From: Deltaproteobacteria bacterium
GTDB taxonomy: Bacteria; Myxococcota_A; Polyangia; Fen-1088
Reading direction: 5' to 3'
Assembly (NCBI GenBank): GCA_033763315.1
Contig: JANRKS010000002.1
Span: 352,001-416,000, forward strand
DNA: 64,000 nt
Under the pieces are notes generated by a model, which had not been told where the DNA came from, made no database searches, and saw nothing but the letters and a program-made list of their open reading frames with translations. The number at the start of each line of letters is the position of its first letter. Within the stretch, counting starts at the first letter, position 1. The translations under genes and the position numbers were made by a program. Below are positions 18,615 to 28,676 of this stretch, in pieces.

Positions 18615-21071
18615 ATGCAGCTTGTGATCGCAGAGAAACCGTCCGTGGCGCGCGACATTGCGCGCGTGCTGGACGTGCGCCCACAAGGACAAACGGCGTT
18701 TGTGGGCGAAGAGTGTGTGATCACATGGTGCGTGGGGCATCTGGTTGAACTTGACGAACCGGCGGCGTACGACGCGCGTTGGAAGGCGTGGCGGCTGGAC
18801 ACGCTGCCGATGTTGCCGGCCACATTTAAACTGCGTGCGGCACAAGGCACGGCCTCGCAATACAAAGCGGTGGCGCAACTGCTGACAGACAAGCGCTTCA
18901 CGCACGTCGTGAACGCGTGCGATGCGGGCCGCGAGGGCGAGCTCATCTTTCGTTACGTTTATGATTTGGCGGGCAGCCGTTTGCCGATCAAACGTCTGTG
19001 GATCTCGTCGATGACGGATGAGGCCATTCGCACCGGCTTCGCGCGCTTGCGTGCCGGCGTTGAATACGATGCGTTGGGCGCAGCGGCGCGCTGTCGCTCC
19101 GAGGCCGATTGGTTGGTGGGCCTCAACGCCACGCGGGCGGTGACCGTTCGTTACCGTTCTGCCGGTGGGCAGAACCTCTATTCGATTGGCAGGGTTCAAA
19201 CGCCGACGCTCGCCATCCTGGTGGAACGCGAACGCGCTGTGCGAAGCTTTGTTCCCAAGGATTACTTCGAGGTCCGCGGCACTTTCACCACCAAAGACGG
19301 AGGCACATTCCGCGCGCTGTGGACGCGGCTTGCGCCCCCGCTGCCCAAGGCCACACGGTTGGGAAAGCTTGTCGCCGCAAACACGATTGTGGACCGCTGC
19401 CAAGCGCATGCCACCAGCCTCGATGTGGCGGGCCCCGTGGTGGAAACGTTGGAGCAAAAGAAAACCAGCGAGCCCCCGCCACTGTTGTTTGATCTCACGT
19501 CGTTGCAACGAACGGCCAACCGTCGCTTTGGTTTGAGCGCCACGCGCACTTTGGAAGTGGCGCAAGCGCTTTACGAACGTCACAAGGTTTTGACTTATCC
19601 GCGTACCGACGCTCGCCACCTGTCCTCCGATATGGTGGCCGAGCTGCCAAAGTTATTTGGCGGCGTGGCGCAGATTCCGCAATACACGTCGTTTGCGCGT
19701 CCGCTTGTGCAAGTGCCGCCCGTGCCGCCGAGGCGGGTCTTCGACGACAAGAAGGTGCATGATCACCACGCGATCGTGCCCACGGGCAAAGTGGTGGATA
19801 TATCGCGCCTCGACCGCGACGAACAGCGCGTTTTCGATTTGGTCGTGCGGCGGTTTTTGGGCGCGTTTTATCCCGACGCTGAATTTGCGAACACCGAGGC
19901 GGTGATTCGCGTGGGGCCGGGGGCTGTTACCACTGTGGCAGCGTCAGCAAGCAAGCGTCTTTCCAACAACAAACGCGCGTCTGTGGAGGGTGACATCGAA
20001 GAGGACGAAGAAATGTTGGACGAGGCGCCGCCTGCGCCCGACCGCTTCGTGGCGCGAGGTCGCATTCGCTTGGTGCCGGGCTGGCACGTGGTGGCAGGCT
20101 TCGGCGATAAACCGGGCGAAGGCGAGGCCGACGCGCAAGAGCCCACACTGCCGGCGCTCGCAAAAGACGCGCGCTTGGACGGCACCTTCGAATCGATCAC
20201 CAAGCAAACCAAGCCTCCACCGCGCCACACCGAGGGCACCTTGTTGGCCGCGATGGAAACAGCGGGCCGGCACATCGAAGACGAAGAATTGCGTGCGGCT
20301 ATGAAGGAAGCGGGTTTGGGCACGCCCGCCACGCGCGCGAGCATCATCGAGACGCTGGTGAAGCGCACCTTCGTGCAACGCCAGGCCAAACAGATCGTGC
20401 CGACCGAGACGGGCATGGCCTTGATCGCGTCGTTGCCCGTGCCCACGTTGGCTTCACCCGAGTTGACAGGCTCGTGGGAGGCGCGCTTGTCTCGCATTGC
20501 GCGCGGCCAAGACACGCGCGACGCTTTCATGCGGGACATTGCCACCTACGTGACCGATGTGGTGGAAGCCGTTCGCAAGGCCCCGCTCGATCGCGCGATG
20601 TCGGCCGTGGCGCAGGTGGCGCCCGCGTCGCCCGCGCCGAAGCCCGCGCGCGCCGCAGAACGATCAGCCAATGCCACAGCCGGGTCACCAGCACCGCGGG
20701 CCAAACGTCCGGTTGACAAACCCGCCAAACCCAAAGCGCCGTCGCCCAAAACATCCGCGGCAAAAGCGCCGGTCGCAGCCACCATCGACACGCTCACGTG
20801 CCCGCGCTGCAAGCAGGGCACCTTGGTGCGAGGAAACCGCGGGTGGGGCTGCAGCCGTTGGAAAGCGGGTTGTGCCTTTGTGGTGTGGTTTGAGCTTGAG
20901 GGCAAAGCGCTTTCAGACACGCAGCTGCGTGAGCTGGTGGCCAAGGGCAAGACCCGCAAAACGTCGTGGCCCACCGCCCCGGGTGCGCCCGCAAAGCCCG
21001 GTCGCTTGGTGTTGGACCTTGGCGCCACGCGCGAGCGGGGTGCGGCACGATTCGCGCCCGAGCCTTCCTGA
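18615..21071 (+). CDS. topB: DNA topoisomerase III (type IA)
   Basis: IAEKPSVA, DAGREGELIF, GRVQTPTL, catalytic TYPRTD, GLGTPATRA, C-terminal CPRC...GCS..C Zn-ribbon. Confidence 0.95.
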   Translation: MQLVIAEKPSVARDIARVLDVRPQGQTAFVGEECVITWCVGHLVELDEPAAYDARWKAWRLDTLPMLPATFKLRAAQGTASQYKAVAQLLTDKRFTHVVNACDAGREGELIFRYVYDLAGSRLPIKRLWISSMTDEAIRTGFARLRAGVEYDALGAAARCRSEADWLVGLNATRAVTVRYRSAGGQNLYSIGRVQTPTLAILVERERAVRSFVPKDYFEVRGTFTTKDGGTFRALWTRLAPPLPKATRLGKLVAANTIVDRCQAHATSLDVAGPVVETLEQKKTSEPPPLLFDLTSLQRTANRRFGLSATRTLEVAQALYERHKVLTYPRTDARHLSSDMVAELPKLFGGVAQIPQYTSFARPLVQVPPVPPRRVFDDKKVHDHHAIVPTGKVVDISRLDRDEQRVFDLVVRRFLGAFYPDAEFANTEAVIRVGPGAVTTVAASASKRLSNNKRASVEGDIEEDEEMLDEAPPAPDRFVARGRIRLVPGWHVVAGFGDKPGEGEADAQEPTLPALAKDARLDGTFESITKQTKPPPRHTEGTLLAAMETAGRHIEDEELRAAMKEAGLGTPATRASIIETLVKRTFVQRQAKQIVPTETGMALIASLPVPTLASPELTGSWEARLSRIARGQDTRDAFMRDIATYVTDVVEAVRKAPLDRAMSAVAQVAPASPAPKPARAAERSANATAGSPAPRAKRPVDKPAKPKAPSPKTSAAKAPVAATIDTLTCPRCKQGTLVRGNRGWGCSRWKAGCAFVVWFELEGKALSDTQLRELVAKGKTRKTSWPTAPGAPAKPGRLVLDLGATRERGAARFAPEPS

Positions 21072-21137
21072 TCCACAGCACCGCACGTTTTCGCGTGAAC
21101 GCGTGACCTACATGTGCTGTAGTCACCCTCACCATCG

Positions 21138-21389
21138 ATGTCGTTCGCTTGTGCCGCACCAGACGCCGAGCTGCCCCTGCTGGAGGGGCGCCGTCGTCGT
21201 CTCGAAAAGCTGCGGTGGCAGTTGCGCGTGGCGCGCCGGGCGGTGGGCGCCAAGCGTAAACAACGCGCAGAGTTTGGCGACGTCTCCCCAGCCCACGGCT
21301 TAGATCTGGCGGTGGTTTTGGGCTTCTTCGCCGGCTGCGGGGCGGCCTCGCTCCTGACGTATGTGGCCACGCGCTGGGTGCTGTCATGA
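21138..21389 (+). CDS. Small hypothetical protein, basic helix plus C-terminal TM
   Basis: 83-aa ORF whose stop overlaps the next ATG (ATGA); hydrophobic C-terminus. Confidence 0.5.
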   Translation: MSFACAAPDAELPLLEGRRRRLEKLRWQLRVARRAVGAKRKQRAEFGDVSPAHGLDLAVVLGFFAGCGAASLLTYVATRWVLS

Positions 21390-21643
21390 GCAGCCGCGAC
21401 ACGATGCACGCGTCGCTGCGTCAGCTGGCCGATCTGCGGCTGGCGTCGGCCGAAATTGAACACGAGCTGGACGCGCTCAAACGTGAGCAAAGGGATCTAG
21501 ACCGGCAGATCGCCGTTGCTCGTCGACGTGGCCGGCAAACTCCGGCGCGTCGCTTCTGGCACGGCCTCGGTTTGGGCGTGTTTGTTGTTTCTGCGGTGTG
21601 GGTCACGGCCTTGGGCGTGGCACACTTGGCCATAGGCCATTGA
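21386..21643 (+). CDS. Small hypothetical coiled-coil protein with C-terminal TM
   Basis: Heptad-like LRQLADLRLASAEIEHELDALKREQRDLDRQI, then a TM segment; TGATG overlap with the next gene. Confidence 0.6.
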   Translation: MSSRDTMHASLRQLADLRLASAEIEHELDALKREQRDLDRQIAVARRRGRQTPARRFWHGLGLGVFVVSAVWVTALGVAHLAIGH

Positions 21644-22665
21644 TGTCCGATCCCACCCGCCGCACCGTGATCGAATCTGCGCTTGGCGTGGCCGCCACGA
21701 GCGTGTCCGCTTCTGCACCACTTCGCACCGACGTTGCCCCGCACAGCAACAGCGCCGGCATTCCGTTGCGCACGCTGGGGAAAACGGGCGTGCGTGTTTC
21801 GAGTTTGGGCTTGGGTGGCTGGCACGTAGGCGCGCTGCCGAAGCCCGAAGCGATCAAGCTTATGCACGCCGCCATCGATGAAGGCGTGACCTTCTTCGAC
21901 AACGCGTGGGACTATCACGAAGGTGGCGCCGAGTCGATCATGGGCGACGCGCTGGCGGTGGATGGCAAGCGCCAGCAGGTGTTCTTGATGAGCAAGAACT
22001 GCGAACGTGACTACGAAGGGTCCATGCGCTGCTTGGACGAAAGCCTCAGGCGCCTGCGCACCGACCACCTGGATTTGTGGCAGTTTCACGAGATCAACTA
22101 CGACAACGATCCGCGTTGGTTGCTGGAGCGCGGTGGCTTGCGCGCGGCCCTCGAAGCGAAGAAAGCCGGCAAGGTTCGCTTCATCGGCTTTACGGGCCAC
22201 AAACATCCCGATCTTCATCTGGCGACGCTGCAACTGAAGTTCCCCTGGGACACAGTGCAGATGCCGATCAACATCATGGACGCGCAGTACCGCAGCTTTG
22301 AAAAGAACGTTGTTCCGGTGGCGAAGCGGCAGGGCGTGGGCATCATCGGCATGAAGAGTTTGGGTGGAGGCGCTCCCACAGGCACGTTCCTTGCGCGCAA
22401 TCGTTCTGGCCTCAGCGCCGAGCAATGCATTCGCTATTCCTTGACGGTCGATATCTCGACCCTGGTGATGGGCATCATGAGCCTTGCGCAACTTAAGCAG
22501 AACGCGGCCGTCGCACGTGCTTTTTCACCCATGCCCGCGCAAGAGAGGCAGCAGCTTCTGAAACTGTTACATGACGAAGCCACCGATGGCCGCTTCGAGC
22601 TGTTTAAGTCGACGAATCTGTTTGACGGGCCCCACCACCGAAAGCAACACGGCCATCCTGTGTGA
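21643..22665 (+). CDS. Aldo/keto reductase (Tat-like leader)
   Basis: TRRTVI leader, RTLGKTG, FFDNAWDY, DLWQFH, RFIGFTGH, GMKSLGG. Confidence 0.9.
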   Translation: MSDPTRRTVIESALGVAATSVSASAPLRTDVAPHSNSAGIPLRTLGKTGVRVSSLGLGGWHVGALPKPEAIKLMHAAIDEGVTFFDNAWDYHEGGAESIMGDALAVDGKRQQVFLMSKNCERDYEGSMRCLDESLRRLRTDHLDLWQFHEINYDNDPRWLLERGGLRAALEAKKAGKVRFIGFTGHKHPDLHLATLQLKFPWDTVQMPINIMDAQYRSFEKNVVPVAKRQGVGIIGMKSLGGGAPTGTFLARNRSGLSAEQCIRYSLTVDISTLVMGIMSLAQLKQNAAVARAFSPMPAQERQQLLKLLHDEATDGRFELFKSTNLFDGPHHRKQHGHPV

Positions 22666-22709
22666 CGTTGATCGTAGAGCCTGCGGGGCTTTGCGGTTAT
22701 GGTGGGCGC

Positions 22710-24134
22710 ATGACACCAGCGCCGAAACCGTCTCGTCGAAAATTTCTGCAAGCCTCCGCCGCCGTGGGTGCCGCGGGCATCGTGGGCCCGTTCTTTCCGG
22801 CGCGTGTGTTGGGGGCGAACGATCGCGTGAATATGGCGATCATCGGCGTGCGCGGGCAGGGCACAGCTCACATCGCTGGCTTTGCCAAGATTCCGCAAGT
22901 GACGATCAAAACCTTGTGTGATGTTGATGGCAATGTGCTCGGGCAGCGCCTTGATGGCTTCGAGAAGACGAACAAGTATCGGCCCGAAGCGCAATCAGAT
23001 ATGCGGCGCGTGTTCGACGACAAGAACATCGACGCCGTAAGCTGCGCGATCCCCAACCACTGGCACGCGCTTGCCACCTTGTGGGCGTGCCAAGCGAAAA
23101 AACACGTATACGTTGAGAAGCCGGCGTGCCATTCGGTGTGGGAAGGCCAACAGATGGTGGCCGCCGCGCGCAAATATGGCGTGCTGGTGCAGGTAGGATT
23201 TCAGAACCGCTCGCGCCCCAAAACCATCGCCGCGATGGAGCTCATCCACTCGGGCAAGTTGGGCAAGTTGTTCATGGTGCGAGGCCTCTGTTTCAAGCCA
23301 CGTGGTGACATTGGCCGGTACCCGGATGGTCCCATGCCTGACGGCTCGAAGATGGCGTTTGCCAAGGGGCAAGATCAATTTGCGGGCTATACAGCCAGCT
23401 ATCTTGCCAACGTGAATTACGACATGTGGATGGGCCCGGCGCCGCAAAAGCCTTTCAACCCAAATCGCTTTCACTACAACTGGCATTGGCAATGGGATTA
23501 CGGCAACGGCGACACCGGTAATCAAGGGCCGCACCAGTTCGACGTGGGGCGCTGGGGCCTCAACCGTGAGGATTATCCGGTGAAGTTCCGATCAAGCGGC
23601 GGCATATTTGGCTTTGCCGATTCAGCGCAAGAAACGCCCAACACGCAAACCACGATCATGGAATACGCGGACGGCACGATATTCGAGTTTGCCACGCGCG
23701 GCTTGCCAACGAACGCTGAAGGCGAGGTGCGCATCGGCAACATTTTCTATGGCAGCGAAGGCCGGCTTGAGATCGACGCTGACGGCAACTGGAAAACCTT
23801 TTTCGGCCACAAGAACGAGCCTGGGCCAGAGTCCACCAAGGTGGCGGCTGGCAAGAGTGGACCTTCGGACGCCAATCTCCATGTGGGCGGTGGCCTCGAC
23901 GATCACTTCTTGAACTTCGTCGAATCGGTGAGAGCAAACGATCGCGGCAAGCTGAACTGCGAAGTGGAAGTGGGCTTCCGATCCTCTGCGTTGCCCATCT
24001 TGGCCAACATCGCATACCGTTTGGGACGCGAGCTGCGCTTCGATGGCAAACGCGAACGTTTCACGGACGCGGCAGCCAACCGCCTGTTGAAGCGCGACTA
24101 CCGCAAAGGGTACGCCGTGCCTCACATCGCTTAA
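22710..24134 (+). CDS. Tat-exported Gfo/Idh/MocA oxidoreductase
   Basis: SRRKFLQ Tat motif, IGVRGQG, PNHWH, HVYVEKP, FHYNWHWQWDYGNGD, HQFD. Confidence 0.93.
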   Translation: MTPAPKPSRRKFLQASAAVGAAGIVGPFFPARVLGANDRVNMAIIGVRGQGTAHIAGFAKIPQVTIKTLCDVDGNVLGQRLDGFEKTNKYRPEAQSDMRRVFDDKNIDAVSCAIPNHWHALATLWACQAKKHVYVEKPACHSVWEGQQMVAAARKYGVLVQVGFQNRSRPKTIAAMELIHSGKLGKLFMVRGLCFKPRGDIGRYPDGPMPDGSKMAFAKGQDQFAGYTASYLANVNYDMWMGPAPQKPFNPNRFHYNWHWQWDYGNGDTGNQGPHQFDVGRWGLNREDYPVKFRSSGGIFGFADSAQETPNTQTTIMEYADGTIFEFATRGLPTNAEGEVRIGNIFYGSEGRLEIDADGNWKTFFGHKNEPGPESTKVAAGKSGPSDANLHVGGGLDDHFLNFVESVRANDRGKLNCEVEVGFRSSALPILANIAYRLGRELRFDGKRERFTDAAANRLLKRDYRKGYAVPHIA

Positions 24135-24149
24135 GCTTCGCCTCGCGGC

Positions 24150-26267
24150 TTACGCGGCCAGACCGTATGAGCGCAACAGCGCTTGTGGGTCTGGATCGCG
24201 GCCGCGGAACAGCCGAAACACTTCGTCAGGCGCCTTGCCGCCGCCCAACGCCAACACCGTGTCGCGGAACCTGCGCCCCACGGCTGCCAAGCGGTCCATG
24301 TTGTCGAGGCCCACTTCTTCAAACGCCCCAAAGGCATCGGCAGCCAACACTTCGGCCCACTTATAGCTGTAGTAACCGGCGGCGTAGCCTCCCGGGAAGA
24401 TGTGCCCGAACGAACACAAGAAGCGGTCTTCCGGCAAGGGCCGAAGCACCGTGTTTTCGGCCGCGATGGCTCTCACAACGTCGCGCACACTTTCTGCGCT
24501 GGCGGGAACGAAGTTGTGGTGCAACGCCATGTCCATGCTCGCAAAATAGACCTGTCGCAGGAACTGGCTGCCGGCGCGGTAGTTTCGTGCCTCCACGATC
24601 CGTTGGAACAGATCCACGGGCAGCGGTTCACCTGTTTCAAAGTGTTTTGCAAAGCCCATCACTGTGGGTTGGTGGAAACACCAATTTTCCATGAACTGGC
24701 TTGGCAACTCCACGGCGTCCCACTCAACATTGTTGATGCCGGCGGCGTCCATGAAATCCACGCGCGTCAGCATGTGCTGAAGGCCGTGCCCGAACTCGTG
24801 AAACAACGTCTCCACTTCCGCCCACGTCATCAACGAAGGTTTGCCATCCACGGGCGGCGTTTGGTTACACGTCAGATAAGCGATGGGCAAGCGCACCTCG
24901 CCGTTCGGTTTGCGGCGGCGATCCAAGCACACGTCCATCCACGCGCCGCCACGCTTTTCGGCAGGCCGGCTGTAGGCATCCAGAAAGAACGCGGCAATCG
25001 GCTCACCGTTGCTGTCTTTGACGCGGAAGAAGCGCACGTCGTCATGCCACACCGGCGTTTGCTTATCGGCGGCTTCGATGGAAACTCCAAACAGCCGCTG
25101 CGCCACGCCGAACAGACCCTTGAGCACCTCCGGCAAAGCGAAATAAGGCCGCACCTCTTCGTCGGTAAACGCGTAAAGCGTTTCGCGTTGGCGCTCCGCC
25201 CAGAAAGCCACGTCCCATAAGGCCAATGTCAGTGATGGATCGCCAGAGCGTGCGCGCGCAAAAGCCAGCAGCGTTTCGTGTTCTTTCTGCGCGGCCGGTT
25301 TAGATGCCTGGCGCAGACCATCCAGCATCTTGGCCACGGTGTCGACGTTTCCGGCCATCTTGCGGCTGAGGCTCAAGGCTGCAAAATCAGCGTAGCCAAG
25401 CAGCTTGGCCTTCTCGTGCCGCAGTTGCAAAATGCTCTGTATGACTGGTTCGTTGTTGTGCTCGCCGCCTGACGCGCGGCTGATCTGGGCTCGGTAAACT
25501 TGCTCACGCAGCTCGCGCTTTTGCGCGTGCTCCATGAACGGAATGTACACGGGCATGTCGAGCGTGATGCGCCACGGGCCTTGTTCGGCAGAGGCTTGCG
25601 CCATGGCGGTGCTGTGTTCGGGGTGTTGATCCGCCGCGGCGCGGGCCGATTGCGCTGCGGCTGCGAGCAGCGACGGCGGCAGACCTGCCACGTCGGCCTT
25701 GTCTGTGATCACCAGCGAAAACGCTTTCGTCGCGTCCAAGACGTTGTTCTGAAACTTCGTGCCGAGTTCGGCCAGTTCGAGTTCGATTTGCGTGAAACGC
25801 TCACGTGCCGCGCCTTGCAAGCCGATGCCCGATTGCTCTGCCGCCAAGATCGCCGTGGTGATGATTCGTTGCTGCGGCTCTTGCAGCGTGGCCCAAGCGG
25901 CCCCATCGCGGAGCGCGCAAAACGCCTTATACACGGGCTCACTTTGGCCCAAGCGCAAACCGGCGCTCACAACTTGGGGTTGAACCATCTGTTCTGCTTC
26001 CCGCAGCTGAGGAGAGTTCTTCACGCCCAGCAGGTGGTGGATCAACCGCCACGCGTAGGTCAATGGTTCCGCTAGATCAGTTAACGGTTCGACCAACCCT
26101 TGCCAATCCGCTGGGCAATTGGCTTCGAGCCCCGCCAGCTTCTCGTTTTGCGCGGCGATGAGTGCTTGCACGGTTGGCACCAATTCGGCTACGGACAAAG
26201 CGTCGAACCGCGGTGGCGAATCCACTGTGGCGAACGGACTGGCAGCGATATCTACGGTTGCACTCAC
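24150..26267 (-). CDS. prlC: Oligopeptidase A (M3 family)
   Basis: KRGGAWM, LFHEFGHGLQH zinc motif, VEWDAVELPSQFMENW, GYAAGYYSYKWAEVL, FRGRDP. Confidence 0.96.
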   Translation of the reverse strand: MSATVDIAASPFATVDSPPRFDALSVAELVPTVQALIAAQNEKLAGLEANCPADWQGLVEPLTDLAEPLTYAWRLIHHLLGVKNSPQLREAEQMVQPQVVSAGLRLGQSEPVYKAFCALRDGAAWATLQEPQQRIITTAILAAEQSGIGLQGAARERFTQIELELAELGTKFQNNVLDATKAFSLVITDKADVAGLPPSLLAAAAQSARAAADQHPEHSTAMAQASAEQGPWRITLDMPVYIPFMEHAQKRELREQVYRAQISRASGGEHNNEPVIQSILQLRHEKAKLLGYADFAALSLSRKMAGNVDTVAKMLDGLRQASKPAAQKEHETLLAFARARSGDPSLTLALWDVAFWAERQRETLYAFTDEEVRPYFALPEVLKGLFGVAQRLFGVSIEAADKQTPVWHDDVRFFRVKDSNGEPIAAFFLDAYSRPAEKRGGAWMDVCLDRRRKPNGEVRLPIAYLTCNQTPPVDGKPSLMTWAEVETLFHEFGHGLQHMLTRVDFMDAAGINNVEWDAVELPSQFMENWCFHQPTVMGFAKHFETGEPLPVDLFQRIVEARNYRAGSQFLRQVYFASMDMALHHNFVPASAESVRDVVRAIAAENTVLRPLPEDRFLCSFGHIFPGGYAAGYYSYKWAEVLAADAFGAFEEVGLDNMDRLAAVGRRFRDTVLALGGGKAPDEVFRLFRGRDPDPQALLRSYGLAA

Positions 26268-26285
26268 GATGGCTCCTTGGGCCGG

Positions 26286-27161
26286 CTATCCAAAAACGAT
26301 GGTTCGGTTGTCGCTGATAAGGACGCGACGTTCGAGATGAAGTTTCACGGCGCGTGTCAGCACTTGCCGTTCAAGCTCGCGGCCTTTTTGCACCAGCTGC
26401 GGCACATCATCTCGATGCGTGACGCGTGCGACGTCTTGTTCGATGATGGGACCTTGATCGAGGTCGGCCGTCACGTAATGGGCCGTGGCGCCAATCAGTT
26501 TCACTCCGCGCGCTTTGGCCTGGTGGTACGGCCGCGCGCCTACGAAAGCCGGCAAGAATGAATGATGGATGTTGATGATCTTGCCAAGGCGGTGGTTCAC
26601 GAAGTCGGGCGACAAGATTTGCATGTATCGAGCAAGCACGATGAGGTCGGCCCCCAATGAATCCACCAACGCCTGCTGCGCCTGTTCGGCCAGCGCTTTG
26701 TTGTCGGCCAGCACAGGGATGTGGTGAAATGTAATGCCGAAATGGCCGGCGACCGAACGCAGATCGTCGTGGTTGGAAACCACGGCCACCAGATCGCCAT
26801 TCAGCTCACCTAACTGGTTGGCCAAAAGAATGTCGTAGAGGCAGTGCGGAATCTTCGACGCAAAGACCACCACCTTCGGGCGTGTGTCGGAGAACGTGAT
26901 CTCCCACTGCAGGTCAAACCGCGTGGCGATGTGCGCCAGCGCCTCCAGCACTTGCTTTCGGTCGAGCGTAAAACCGCTTAAATCCCAGCGCAGGCGCATG
27001 AAGAACATATCGCTGTCCGCCTCTGCGTGCTGGTCTGCGTCGAGCACGTTGCCGTTGTGCTTAAACACAAAATCGGACAGGGCTGCCACGATGCCTGTGC
27101 GGTCGCGGCACGAAACCAAAAGGGTGGCCGTCACCGGCGGCGAGGCTGCGTTTTCCATCAT
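26286..27161 (-). CDS. purU: Formyltetrahydrofolate deformylase
   Basis: N-terminal ACT domain (CRDRTGIVA), LARYMQILS, INIHHSFLPAFVGARPYHQA, LDQGPIIEQ. Confidence 0.97.
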   Translation of the reverse strand: MMENAASPPVTATLLVSCRDRTGIVAALSDFVFKHNGNVLDADQHAEADSDMFFMRLRWDLSGFTLDRKQVLEALAHIATRFDLQWEITFSDTRPKVVVFASKIPHCLYDILLANQLGELNGDLVAVVSNHDDLRSVAGHFGITFHHIPVLADNKALAEQAQQALVDSLGADLIVLARYMQILSPDFVNHRLGKIINIHHSFLPAFVGARPYHQAKARGVKLIGATAHYVTADLDQGPIIEQDVARVTHRDDVPQLVQKGRELERQVLTRAVKLHLERRVLISDNRTIVFG

Positions 27162-27370
27162 CGTTCCTCAAGGTAGCACTCTCGCGCTTGCCGCGACACG
27201 TCTAGCCGCGCGGCGACAAGCGCAGCTGTGTGGTGCGATGAGGTAGGTGCGGGGCGGTGGGTCGAAAGTCCGTTGGAGATGCCTTTTTCGCTGCTTTCCA
27301 ATGCGACTTTCCCATGTAAGCTTCCTCAGCTGTTACAGCTCTCTTGATCCTTATCCTCGTGAGGACGTCT

Positions 27371-28669
27371 GTGCATACCTCAACTCGCAAACTACAAAGC
27401 TTAATCTGGGTGGTTGTTACGGGCTTCGCTGCCTTGTCGTGTGGTCCCTCCGGTAACGGCGACGGCCGTACTGCAACGCCCTTTGATCCCAAAGCCACGG
27501 CGGGCGCCGACGGGCGCGGTGGCGGCGGCGGATCGAACACGGGCAGTGGCAACCGAGACGGTGGCGCTGATGAAGACGCCAACCCGTTCGTCATCGATTT
27601 TCCAGATGCCTTGCAAGGGGAGAAGAAAGACGCGAACCTCGACAAGAAAGACACGCTGGAGTCATGCGGCGGTTCAGCGTTTCAGGTGACGCGTGTGCCA
27701 CCAGACCTTATGGTCGTTTTGGATCGTTCGGGCTCAATGATGCGCACCACCGACGGAAAGAACCCGCTCAATCCGGCAGATATGGCCGCCGGGCAGACCG
27801 TACGCTGGAACTACACTCGGTTGGCGTTGAATACGGTTATGACCGCCACCGATTCCGACGTGGCGTGGGGCCTCAAGATGTACCCGACTTGCAAGGCTGG
27901 AACGGATCCGACGAAGCCATACGAATGTCTACCCGAGGCATGTGCGATCAACGGGCTTTCGGAAGTTCCCGACCTTGGCAAAGCCGCGGCGCTGTCCACT
28001 TTGATCGTGCAGAACACGCCACAAGTTGACCGTGGCGCTACGCCCACAGCACCGGCGGTTGCTGAGGCCGTGGCAACGTTGAAGGCGCGCAACAATGGCC
28101 GCCCCAAATACATCCTGTTGGCAACCGACGGCCAGCCCAACTGTGGAATTGAAGCGGCCAGCATGACCCGGAAGGATTCGGTTGACGATGCTGCTGGTGC
28201 GGTTGCGGCCGTGGCGGCTGCGAAAGCCGCGGGCATCGACGTGTTCGTGTTGGGCATCGCCATCAAAGATCCTGCCGCCACCACAGATGCAGGGCTGCTG
28301 AAGGCTCACCAGACCTTGAACATGATGGCCGATGCGGGTGGGCGCGCGCGAATGGGCGACATCAAATACTACCCCGCCACGAATGAAGCCGACATCAAGG
28401 CCGCCGTGACGGAAATTGCCGCGGCCGCTGTGTCGTGCTCGTTGCCGCTCGCGCAGCCGCCGCAGCCCGACGCTTTGGCGCGCGTTGATGCTGATGGCAT
28501 GCAGATCCCCGAGAGCGCGACCGAAGGTTGGATGTTTGGACCCAACAAGGGCAGCGTCGTGCTCACGGGTTCGTTCTGTGCGAAGCGGAAAGCCGGCGAA
28601 CTGAAGAAGGTCATCGTCAGTTTCGGCTGTCCCGGCAAAGAGCCTCCGCCTCCTCCTTTGGCGTTGTAG
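27371..28669 (+). CDS. vWA-domain lipoprotein
   Basis: RBS GAGGA before GTG; lipobox ALSC, MIDAS DRSGS, TPT, LATDGQPNC. Confidence 0.85.
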   Translation: MHTSTRKLQSLIWVVVTGFAALSCGPSGNGDGRTATPFDPKATAGADGRGGGGGSNTGSGNRDGGADEDANPFVIDFPDALQGEKKDANLDKKDTLESCGGSAFQVTRVPPDLMVVLDRSGSMMRTTDGKNPLNPADMAAGQTVRWNYTRLALNTVMTATDSDVAWGLKMYPTCKAGTDPTKPYECLPEACAINGLSEVPDLGKAAALSTLIVQNTPQVDRGATPTAPAVAEAVATLKARNNGRPKYILLATDGQPNCGIEAASMTRKDSVDDAAGAVAAVAAAKAAGIDVFVLGIAIKDPAATTDAGLLKAHQTLNMMADAGGRARMGDIKYYPATNEADIKAAVTEIAAAAVSCSLPLAQPPQPDALARVDADGMQIPESATEGWMFGPNKGSVVLTGSFCAKRKAGELKKVIVSFGCPGKEPPPPPLAL

Positions 28670-28676
28670 CCGCGGC

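Noticed and set aside
18615-21071. topB as a marker of a conjugative element
   Set aside because: No relaxase, T4SS, integrase or att-like repeats nearby; the context is chromosomal.
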